From Octopus vulgaris (taxonomy: Eukaryota), in assembly GCA_951406725.2 (NCBI GenBank), contig OX597819.1, positions 96,782,001 through 96,846,000 of the forward strand: a stretch of DNA of 64,000 nucleotides, read 5' to 3'. The translations under genes and the position numbers were made by a program. How positions within the stretch are numbered: position 1 is the stretch's first letter; each line of letters opens with the position of its first letter. The notes beneath the pieces are model-generated. The model did not search any database, had not been told where the DNA came from, and worked only from the letters and a program-made list of their open reading frames with translations. Of the stretch, positions 52,884-64,000 are shown one piece after another.

Positions 52884-54744
52884 TTTATTATCTTTCTGTC
52901 TGGTTGAGGGCTATACTGTTCACTATGGCAGTATTGCAATCTCTATAGTTTGTACTCTCTCCCAACCTATTTCTCGCCACACAGTTGACTGTATTTGTTG
53001 CTTTATTGCTTAGCCCTAGGCCAACCCTACTCATGTACATCAATGATCAAACACTCTCCGGTTTTGACCATTTTGTGAATTTTGATACCAATGTTTTGAC
53101 CAACGTTTTCTTTTTATAAGGTGGCAGCGATTGGCCTAAGGGAAATTTGGTTGCTGTTTTCAGACACGTCTAGCGACCACGTAGTAGCCACCGTGAAGGA
53201 GAATATGGCACCTTCTGTCAAACATCGAGAGAACTGTTTCTTTGTATTTATTATTGATGGTATGCCTCCAAGCAATATACTTGGTCTAGTGAAGGTGCTG
53301 ATGTTTCTGCTGATATTTAAATATGTATGTATGTATGCATGGATGGATAGATGGATGTGTGTGTTTGTGTGTGTGAGTGTGTGTGTTTGTGTGTGTGTAT
53401 GTGTTAGCGTGTATGTGTGTGTGTGTACGTTTGTATGTTTATATGGAATGAATGTACGAGGTATTGTTAAGATTGTATTATATGCGTTATAATCGTATTC
53501 TGAGGTTTTTGTAAACGTGTCAGCTGTTTAGAGATGATTTTCCGTGTACTGGGAGGAACTGTGAGTTTGAGTTGGCCGTAACTACCAGTTATGTCCTTCA
53601 AATATCCAGATAATCTCTCCTTTCTGAATATTTTTGTTTCATTGTATTGTCTGTCTATTGGTTTTGTCTATGTTCAAGCTGTGGTGAAGCGAAGTATGCT
53701 GTTTTGCGGCCAATAATGTCACTGACATGTACGAAGGTTAATTCAGCTTGCCTTACTACTCACCTTCATGTGTACGGCATTCTCCAGGACATAGATCGTG
53801 GAATTAATTGATTTATTAGAATACTTTAAAAACAATACAAAGAATAAAACAGAAAACAGAGGCAAGAGAAACGGATTAACTATGAGCCTCATTCCATGTT
53901 TGTTATCTCAGAAGCACCCACTTCAGAGAATCTCTTACCTACGCTATAAGATCCTCTACACAGAGATAAGTGAACAACATACAACCTACCTGTTACGTAA
54001 AGAGTAACAAGTTTTACATATACAATATCATGTGCCTTCATAACACATGATATCAACCTTATCTGTCAAAAGACATCTTGACAGTTATCTAAATCTGGAA
54101 GTTAGTGTCGATAGAAACCAGTAAGTTAGGTATTACGGAAGTATTATTTAAAGCATGTCTACAACCACAGTGTAACAACATCATGAATTTCTTAACTGCC
54201 AAATATCTTAAGTATCACTATCATAACTGAGACATATCCTTGTCAAAGTTGTGTGTCTCACTTCAGCGCGTTGTAACAATGCCGGCATAGATCTCAGCTC
54301 AGTGTCTTTTAAAATACACTCTAAGTGTAAGACTTGTTAAGGTTAAATTATTGAACACATTTTTTCTTTGCCTTACAATGTTAAGTGGTGACTTTTATAA
54401 CCTAGCGTATTTCTATATGGAAATGGCATTGTTACGAGTAAATCAGAAAAATAAAATTAATATTGGAATGTGTTCGCCTATATACAACAACGTTATCTCT
54501 CTCCCCGCACAAATATGTATTTATGTGTGTGTGTGATAATTTGATTTTTACATGTATCTAAAGTTTTATCTCAATATGCAGCAATATTATCCCCTGCATA
54601 CACACACACACACACATTTATATATTTATATGGGTTTACAGAAAGAGAGCGAGAGAGAGAGAGAGAGATAACATTGTTGTATATAGATGAGGATTATCCC
54701 CTTCTCATATGTGCATATCATTTTCCCTACATATACATATACTG

Positions 54745-54799
<55 letters not shown>

Positions 54800-55375
54800 A
54801 TGGTTTGTAATTTAGGCACAAGGCCAGGAATTTCGAGGAGAGATCCTTATTTAATAACACCGATCCCCAGTATTTGATAGGTACTTTATTTTATCAAACC
54901 CGAAACGATGAAAAGCAAAGTTGATGTCGACGGAATTTGAACTTAGAACGTAAAGAGCGAGAACAAATACCGAAAATCGTTTTTTCAGATGCTCTAATGA
55001 TTGAGCCAGTTCGCCGCCATGAATATATGTAATAATTATTTCTACTATAAGCACAAGGCCTAAAATGTTGGTGTTAGTCTACGCCAAAATATTTGACTGC
55101 TACTTATTTCATCGACTTGAAAAGATGGATGGCAAAGTCGATCCCTGCGGAATTTGAACTCAGAACGTAAAGACGGGCGAAATGCCGCTAAGCATTTTTC
55201 CGGCGCGCTAACGACTCTGCCAGCTCACCGCCTTACATATGCGTAGTAATACCACTCATGGCTATAAAGGCAGTGACCTGGCAGAATCGCTAGCAAGCCG
55301 AACAGAATGCCTAGTGACATTTCGTCCTCCCCACAAATTTGCTGGCCTTGTGCCAAAATCTGAAACCAATATTAA
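54800..55375. mobile_element. Two minus-strand family-A SINEs plus a deleted plus-strand copy
   Basis: Core motif matches. Confidence 0.8.
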
Positions 55376-55629
55376 ACATAGTCGTATATAAATCTATTTT
55401 TATGGCTACATATACGTTATATGATATTCCTTAGTATGCGATATGCTATCCGTATTCATGTCAAATACGTTGTTCCTATGTATGTAATATGTTATTCCAA
55501 ACGTTTATGTAATAATGTTTTTTAAAAAGTGTAATATAACATCTACCTACGGCTTTAAACATTGATTAGTTAGCTAATTAAGTTTTAACTGTTTTAAGCA
55601 CTAATTAGTTAACTAATTAACTAATTATA

Positions 55630-56030
55630 GACGCAGGCATAGCTGTATTGTTAAGAAGCTCGCTTTGTAATTACGTGGTTTCGGTCTTCGTCTCACTGTG
55701 CGGCACCTTGGACAAGTGCCTTCCACTCTTGTCCCGAACCGACCAATGCTTTGTGAATGAGTTTGTGAGTGAATTAAACAATGTGGAATCCCGCCGCACG
55801 TGCGCGCATGTGTGTTGCGTGTTTGTATTACTGTTTCTGTTTGTCCCCACCCAACAGCTTGACAATCGATGTTGGTTTGTTTACGTTCCCTGTAACATGG
55901 TGGTCCAGCAAAATGGGACCGATAGAATAAGTACCAGACATTTAAAAGTAAGTACTGGATTCGATTTGCTTTCGGGGAAATGCTCCAGCATAGCAGCAAT
56001 CCAATGACTGAAGCAAATATACGATAAAAG
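55630..56030 (+). mobile_element. Family-B SINE, degenerate
   Basis: gcggcaccttggacaagtg...gatagaataagtacc...tgctccagcatagcagc. Confidence 0.8.
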
Positions 56031-57601
56031 AATTATGGTAATAAACTACATTATATTACGACCTTTAGACTCATTTCTGAACTCTTCTCAGAACACAGTA
56101 CTACATCAAACATTTCTATATTTAACGGTTGTCTGTACATGTTTAATTAATGTGCAATAGACAAATTTAAATAAGAATTCAGTAAACATGTTTGTATAGA
56201 TAAGTTTAAGAGAAGCTATGTCAACCACTTTGTAAATCTTCCCAAAACGGGGAGATAACAAGATCTGGCGACAATAAGTCTTTGAAATTGTAGGAGAGAG
56301 ACAGTAAGACTTCGTATGACCTGCAGATGGGAAAGCTAGAGTTAACGATGTAATAAGACGTCGAGATGCTAAGACTTACAAACATTTCGTTGTGAAAAAT
56401 GGAGACTGTAAGCTTCAGAGCTGTAAATCAAAGACGGTATTACAACACAGTTGGAGCTGACCTATCAAATATACCACCCCCTCTACATCACTGGCTAAAT
56501 ATACAAATATCGCACCACTGACACAATCTACTTCTACTCAGGCCACCAGCATCATCACCACCAATAGACAGACTCTAAATAAAGGAACTGATACAAGAAT
56601 GCTTTGTGAAATGTCTGAAGAGTTTCTGCTTTTTTTTTTATCTCTTTGATCGAATCATTTGTTGAGTTGTCACACGAAATCACAATATTAGACAGTTGAC
56701 AATTAACCGCTCACTTTCAATATAGACAACAGACACATCATGTTAACATTTCACCTTAAATATTGAGATGAAATATGAAATTTTTCCTAAACTTTAGAAT
56801 TAACAAATTGTTCTGAATATAATCCAATTTTCTTCGTTGGTCAGAGCCATCATATGATAATATTAAAGAATTCATACATCAGCTTCTCCTCTAGCAGTTG
56901 ACTAATGTTTATTCCATTAAATTCTTTATCATATTGACAAGGCCAAACATGGCACAACCAATTACCATATGTTAATGGAAATCACATACAATTCCCAATT
57001 CTTACATAACTCCGAAAGCTATTGAGTTTGAATTCATTTTACAGGATCTTCTCAAATTTCAGCATTATTTCCTTTTCTATTTTCTGAATAAGAATAGCTG
57101 AATGATTCACCTCAAACATCTTGCATATTTCAGAGCAGAGGAAAATACTGTGGCAAGTATTTTATATTTCAGTCGAACTGGTTTAGATCAATTATTTTCT
57201 CCCTAATAATTATTTTATCCAAACATTCCTTGCCTTGCTTAAATTCTGACCCTTTCTAACATGTTCCGTTTCCTTTCCGGCGATAAAACTGAAACGATTC
57301 TAACCAATCAGAAACAACATTAACCTCACTCATTCAGTTATCCACGAAACCCAGATTAAAAGGTTCTGAAGGAAATCTGACCATTGCCTCTCAATAGACT
57401 TAATCTCATAAATCAATAAACCAATAAATCAAAAATTCAACCTTCCAGGATAACAATTGATGGATTCATTTTTAACCATAAACAGGCAAAATTGATAATT
57501 TCTTTTATTAGTTGTAATATTAATAAATACTCTCTTATCAACTTTTCAAAATTTGTGTTGACGGCCTGCAACCGTGCTGCCTCTAAAGACTTAGATTGTC
57601 C

Positions 57602-57679
<78 letters not shown>

Positions 57680-58092
57680 CACACACACACGCGTGCGCAT
57701 GCACACACATTCATATATACACTCACATAACCGCATACAGATTCACACACAGATACACACTCTCCCTCTCCTTTTCTCTCTTTCTCTTCCTCATTCCCTC
57801 CTTCGAGTCAGTGCTTCTCTCTATTTTTCCTTTCCATATCTTCTTTAAACAGAAAAATAAACACCTTAAGAGAGCTTCGGCGAAGACAACATGCCTGGGC
57901 ATGTCATCACTCCGAAATGCAAACGATCGATACCAGAAAGAAAAACTATGGGGTTTTATAAAACATTCTCACTAATACCCGTGCCTCAACGAAATATCCA
58001 GATTCCCTTGTTTGAAGTGATTCTAATATATCTTCTAGCTTAACGTCACCAAATAGCACTCAAGGAAGAAGGGGTCAATATAAGTCTGGCTG

Positions 58093-58290
58093 AAGGTGGC
58101 GTGCCGGCAGAATCGTTAGCACGCAGGGCGAAATGCATAGCTGCAGTTCGTCTGTCTTATGTTTGGAGATTAAATTTCGCCGAGGACGACTTTGCCATTC
58201 ATCCTTTCGAGGGCGATAAAATAAGTAGCAGTTGAGCATTAGGGTCGATGTAATCGACTTACCCCCATCCCCGAAACTGGTTTCAATTGG
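58093..58290 (+). mobile_element. Family-A SINE
   Basis: aaggtggcgtgccggcagaatcgttagc...cattcatcctttcgagggcgataaaataagta. Confidence 0.85.
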
Positions 58291-59354
58291 TTTCAATTAT
58301 TAGCACCAAGTTCCTTAGTGGAGGAGAACATATATTGTCGATAAGTATTTTCTCACCCCCAAACCACTCTTTTCATTAGCCATTCTAATCTGTGTCCATC
58401 CGAGACAGCTGATCAAGTGACCGATACATCTTGCAAGTAATTTTCTTTCATATCCTTCACACAAGCAAGAACTGTAACCCAACGTCCTTAAGACGACCCA
58501 CACCTGTATTGCAACCACGTGGACAAAGATCATTTGAAGGAACGCATTCACCAACAACTGGGAGGTGGTTATTCAACTTACACCAAAAGATGGAAGGTGG
58601 TTCTCCAACAAGTGGGAGGTGATTGCCCTTCATTCACCAACAAGTGGGACGTGGCCACCCGTAAGACCACATTCAAATGAAGGATAACGTTTATGTATCC
58701 AATAATCTACAACACACGCACTCACACATATACGCACATGCACACACATGTACATACATATACACACACAGAAACACACGCATGCATACACATGTACATA
58801 CATACACATACACACACATACATACTGCTACGCACAGCCACACGTATACTATTACGCACAGGCACATACATGCACATGCATACACAGAGAGACAGAAATA
58901 CACATAACATACTCGTATGCAGCCAGGCACATAAAGACACACGCACATACACTCGCACACTCACAGATAGGCCCACCACAGACACATATCCATGAATACA
59001 CATACACACACACACGCACATACACACGCAGGCACGCGCGCTTGCACACACGCACGCACACATTTCCTGCAGACTATTCCTTTACCAAGAAGCCGCGTTA
59101 ATCCAACACTCACTAAGATGACTACTAGAATCCTAAATGATTTAATCCTAGATTAAAACATCTTTCATTGCTCTTTATCCGGCAGCCCATAAGCGACCTC
59201 CACATGCAACAAGGCAGCTCATGCAATACATTCACTTCTTCTATGTAGAAGGGCCTTGGAGACATCATCTAAGGAGGTCATAGTAACCTCATTCAACAGC
59301 ATAAAAATCCATCGCCACACATATCTAGACAAAAATTTCGTGCTGCAAGGTCTC

Positions 59355-59940
59355 TATACTTACCTAAGCCCTTCGCTTCCTATGGGGCACATGCCATCGA
59401 TGACTTTTCTCTACTGCTCTCAATTCTGACCTGCAGGGTTACTCCCTCAGTATGGAGAGGGGGTACCTCTGATGGAAATTCTTCCTCTCACAAGTTTTGG
59501 TTTTGAATTGTCATCAATGCTTCTGTAATTTTGCTTTTCACTAATTAAGGATGTTAGCCCTACAGAAACTCGTTTTTTCCTCGAGGAAGAAGGGGTCAAT
59601 ATAAGTCTGGCTGAAGGTGGCGAGCCGGCAGAATCATTAGAAATATTAGTCTGGCTGCTATCTTTTGATTTGTTCAGCCTAGGACTCCTATAAAGGGTAT
59701 TCGCTCCGCTGGAATACCTCTTTGAGTCATTGTGATACACAAGGCACCACATCACAACAAGAACTGGACTTTGTGGTGGACAGAATTACTCTACAGAACA
59801 GTGAAACGAACAAATGATGAGTCCTTAAAATGTGAAATAATATTTCATTGTCATTGTATCTTGTTAAATCTCCATCCGAAATATTAGGACATCTCTTCAG
59901 AAGAACAGAATATTTCGGTTTGATCAGTTGCTGACTTTGC
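59355..59940 (-). mobile_element. Highly degenerate RTE-like LINE 3' end
   Basis: Terminal ...gtgccccataggaagcgaagggcttaggtaagta resembles RTE 3' ends; weak protein motifs. Confidence 0.4.
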
Positions 59941-59954
59941 AAAACTCATATGTG

Positions 59955-60650
59955 GAGGTGCAATGGCCCAGTGGTTAGGGCAGCCGACTCGCGGTCGGAG
60001 GATCGCGGTTTCGATTCCCAGACCGCGTGTTGTGTGTGTTTATTGAACGAAAACACCTAAAAGCTCCACGAGGCTCCAGCAGGCGCCTAACTTTCTCTCA
60101 CTCTTTACTCTTTTACTTGTTTCAGTCATTTGACTGGGGCCATGCTGGAGCACCGCCTTTTTAATCGAGCAACTCGACCCCAGGACTTATTCTTTTGTAA
60201 GCTCAGTACTTATTCTATCGGTCTCTTTTGCCGAACCGCTAAGTAACGGGGACATAAACACACCAGCATCGGTTGTCAAGCAATGCTAGGGGGACAAACA
60301 CAGACACACAAACACACACACGCACATATATATATATATACATATATACGACGGGCTTCTTTCAGTTTCCGTCTACCAAATCCACTCACAAGGCTTTGGT
60401 CGGCCCGAGGCTATAGTAGAAGACACTTGCCCAAGGTGCCATGCAGCGGGACTGAACCCGGAATCATGTGGTTGGTAAACAAGCTACTTACCACACAGCC
60501 ACTCCTGCGCCTCTTTCTTCCTGTTTCTTGAGTAACGCTGCGATGGACTGGCGTCCCGTCCAGCTGGAGGGAACACATACACCATAGAAACCGGGAAACC
60601 GGGCCCATGAGCCTGGCTAGGCTTGAAAAAGGGTGCATAAATAAATAAAT
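59955..60650 (+). mobile_element. V-domain-like tRNA SINE interrupted by a family-B SINE
   Basis: Head tggcccagtggttagggc...gtttcgattcc; GCGATGGACTGGCGTCCCGTCCAG after the insertion; (TAAA)n tail. Confidence 0.8.
60100..60511 (-). mobile_element. Family-B SINE, nested
   Basis: Reverse complement of the 31211 copy; CTCTTT-like duplication at the junctions. Confidence 0.92.
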
Positions 60651-61220
60651 ATGTGAACTCAAAATAAAATAATATTCACATAGTTTGGATATTCTGCTAA
60701 AAAAGCAAGCATCAAACCTCATCCAATGAAGACCACTGGATTGTTAGGAAAAGACTTCCTCATCAATATGTTACAACCCCAAGCTAAACACTCATATTCT
60801 TTCTCCATTCAACAGATTTGCCGCTTCTCCTCTCGCTATCATTACTATTTCCTGCCTACGACATCTTTCTCTAAACACACTGTCTAACTATTCCTCTCTC
60901 GTTTAACCATAAACGACTATTCAATCTTTACAATCGTTTTTTTTTTCTTTTCTTTTCTCTTTTCCGGCGGATGTCGCCCAATAAAACGTGGAAAGTGGAT
61001 CTTACTAGTCTATGGCTACATACAAAGGTCCTAGTTGATGCCCCCTCTTTTGATTAATTCATTTTTATTGAAATGGACGCAGTGCATATGGTCACAGCCC
61101 ATAGCCCGCAACATTAGGGCAAGCTTCATGTGTTACCATAAAGAATTAATAGAAATATATTTTATGGTAATGCGGCGGGTATGTTGTATTTTGTTCAGTC
61201 CTTTACGGTTTTGTGGAGTG

Positions 61221-61284
<64 letters not shown>

Positions 61285-61699
61285 GGAAGGGGAAATTAAT
61301 TGCTCTACTCTATGTGTATGATTTTACTTCCTATTTTCATTTGTTTGGTGTCGAAGAAGGGACAGTAACCATGGCACGACCACCGGGACTGGCGACTTTG
61401 ATGACTGGTGACTTTTTTCTGCAAATGGACAGCTGTCTGAAAAGTATGAGCCGGTAAGGAATTCCTAAAAACCGACATTCTAGGGAGGAAGAACTTACTG
61501 TAATGGTCAGTGGTTACTACAATGTGGGAGTTACTAAGGCGAAAGGCGACTGGCTAAAAGAGTGATAGTCAGTGTTGCGGAGTAGTGTGACAATTCCTCT
61601 ATTGTGTTGTGGAGTGGAATATATGGTTTGTTGTGGTATGGGGAAACTGTTCTACTTTGATATGGAGTGTTAACAGAAGCTGAGCGGGAGTATTGCGCA

Positions 61700-62960
61700 T
61701 GAACCTTGCGGTCTCTCTAATACCGGTGAGCCTGATGTTAAAATTCTGTGTAAATTGTAGAACATCAACACCTACTAGAAAAAACGAACTGAGTGGAGTT
61801 TCCAGAAAACCAATGTTCTGAACATGAACGATTTGATATAGTGGTCAGTGCTGGGAAAGGGTGGATGGATGGACCAAGGACTTAGAGGTGGAAGGCAGAA
61901 GGTGAATGGGTTGGAGTGAGTTGTAGAGATATGATGACAGCCAACTCCAGGAACAAAATCCATTGCAGTAGCAGTAGAAAATACATAAATCTTGAGAGCC
62001 AGAGACTGGAGTGAATCTGTTAGAGACTGGTTTCAAATTTTGGCCGAAGTCCAGCAATTTCAGAGAAGAAGGAAAGTCGATGTAATGGACCCAAATATTC
62101 AACTGGTATTTATTTTATCGACTCCCGAAAGGCAAAGTTGACCACGGCGAAATTTTAACTCAGAATGTGAAGACGGACGAAATGCTGCTAAGCATATTTT
62201 GCCCAGCCTGCTTAACAATTCTGCCAGCTCTCCACCACGAATCTGATTGAATGTCAATCAGACAAGCGGTTCTTCTCTTGATACAATCCAAAATGTCTAT
62301 GTGCGGAGCAGCAACACCGTTCCAGATGTAGGAACAGTACTCCTTTGTGGAACTCACTTGAGCCTAGTAGAATTTCAGCAGTTATGGAGATCTGAAATAT
62401 TTGTGACCCAAAAGAGAAGGGTTTGTCTTTGGGATGCGGTCCTAGCTACACCATGGATCTGAATTCGCCAGAAGCAACTGCGTGGGCTGTAGCAGACTGC
62501 CGTTCACGTTTAGTAGTGGTGTTTTATGAGTAGTGCTTGAGGGCTGTTATTTCTTATTAAAAGAGACATGGTTGACATAATTAGTGTAGGCATGACGTGT
62601 GGTTATGTGTATGTTACGTATTGATGATGGAAAGTTACAGAGGAATGACAAGTCATGTCATTAGCAGAATAAGAGTGAGAGGTGTAGGGTGCAGTGAAAA
62701 GTAGGATATTGATGAGGAAGAGAATTGGGGAGAAAACCAAACCCTGGAGAACGCCAAAGTTGATTGAGAGTGTGGTAGAAAATGCTCTGTCGCGATATAG
62801 TGCGATAAAATAGGCGGCTAACAATCCAAAGGATGAAAGATGGGTGAGGACTGTAGACAGAGAGTTTTGATAGATTTGTGTGATAAACCCATTCAAAATA
62901 TTTGCTGGCATCTAGAGGAACAACATGGCCTTCGCCGATAGCCCACTAGTGATTAACATA
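61700..62960 (-). mobile_element. CR1/Jockey-group LINE RT fragment interrupted by a family-A SINE (~62030-62235)
   Basis: INFGVLQGLVFSPILFLI, SANDMT (YADD-like), EYCSYIW...LDCIKRR, CIFYCYCNGFCS. Confidence 0.8.
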
Positions 62961-63469
62961 ACAGAGTAGGTCGTCAGTGAATCTTGCTCTATGCGAACTA
63001 TACTAGTGGTTACTGGGGAAAGAGAAAGAAAAGGACTAGTAGGAGAGAGGGGGGAGAGAGAGACAGAAACAGACAGAGACAGACAGAGGCAGACAGACAG
63101 GCGGGCGGGCAGGCAGGTAGGCAGACAGACGGGAAAAGAGAGAGAGGAAAGAGAGGGAGAGAGAAAAAAGAAAGAAAGAAGGAAAGAAAGAAAGAAAGAG
63201 ATTCAAGGAGATGGAGAATGTCATTGTTAATAGCTGTCTCATTGCCTTGGTTGTATTAGAAGTGAGAGCAAATAGGACGATAGTTGGCTAGGCCAGAAGG
63301 GTTGCCCTTTTTTTGAAATGGGACACATTGAGGAGCGATCCAAACGTCAGTATTCCACTCCCTGTAGGGATATAGCTGCAAGGGGAGACATACTGTGTTG
63401 TGATATTAAATGTGATATTAATGGACAGAACTATAACAGTAATCCGTCAACACGAAAAATTGGTCATAG

Positions 63470-64000
63470 TATCCAGTGTTGATAAAATGGTACTGACATT
63501 GATGGTTGATAGAATGGTAACAGTATAGTTAGAGGACAGACTGGTAACAGCATGATAGTTGGTAGACGAATTTACATTAGAGTAGTGATGATAGTATGGG
63601 TGGTTGATAGAGTGGTCATAATATAATGAGCTGATAGAGTAGTACTGATTGTATAGGTGGTTGATAGAGAGATCATAGTATAGTGAGCTGATAGAGTGGT
63701 CATAGTTACATTATAAATAGTGACTGTATAGGTAGTGGTGTAGTGGTATATGAAATTGATAGAGTTATGATGATAGTGTAGATGGGTGGTAGAGTGGTCA
63801 TAACATATTGAGCTTATAGGGAAGAGATGTTAACATACGTAGTTGATAGAGCGGTCGCAATGTTGTGAACTGATAGGGTAGAAATGATAGTATAGGTTGT
63901 TGAAAGTGTGGTAATAAAATTGTGAGATGATAAAGCAGAAATGATAGTATGGTTGGTTGATAGAGTGGTCATGATATAGTGAGATGATAGGGCAATGATA
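63470..64000. repeat. Degenerate ~27-33-bp minisatellite
   Basis: Recurring tgatagagtggtcata(a/g)tatagtgagc. Confidence 0.8.

Noticed and set aside
53500-53800. Possible further GIY-YIG remnant (IYVLE..C) on minus
   Set aside because: Too degenerate to support

Overview
AT-rich, microsatellite-dense eukaryotic (metazoan) DNA. The SINE families and repeat landscape look like an octopus/cephalopod genome, which is an inference. Almost all ORFs in the supplied track are microsatellite artefacts. (1) A near-intact Neptune-type Penelope-like retroelement (PLE, ~31.7-35.4 kb: RT + Zn-finger + GIY-YIG) has an unlisted upstream ORF joined to pol by an in-phase T-TTT-TTA slippery heptamer, and a variant hammerhead ribozyme at its 3' end. 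(2) Remnants of several other PLE families are present, with about 7 minimal hammerhead motifs representing four different catalytic-core variants, plus fold-back palindromes. (3) A heavily decayed multi-CUB-domain (cubilin/tolloid-like) host gene or gene cluster lies on the minus strand, with pseudo-exons from ~1.5 to ~57 kb that the ORF track misses. (4) The rest comprises many tRNA-derived SINEs (including stacks reusing one target site), RTE and CR1/Jockey LINE fragments, mariner, Tigger/pogo and 8-bp-TSD MITEs, a textbook non-autonomous Helitron and a 441-bp local duplication. All calls come from manual reading and translation; boundaries of degenerate elements are approximate.
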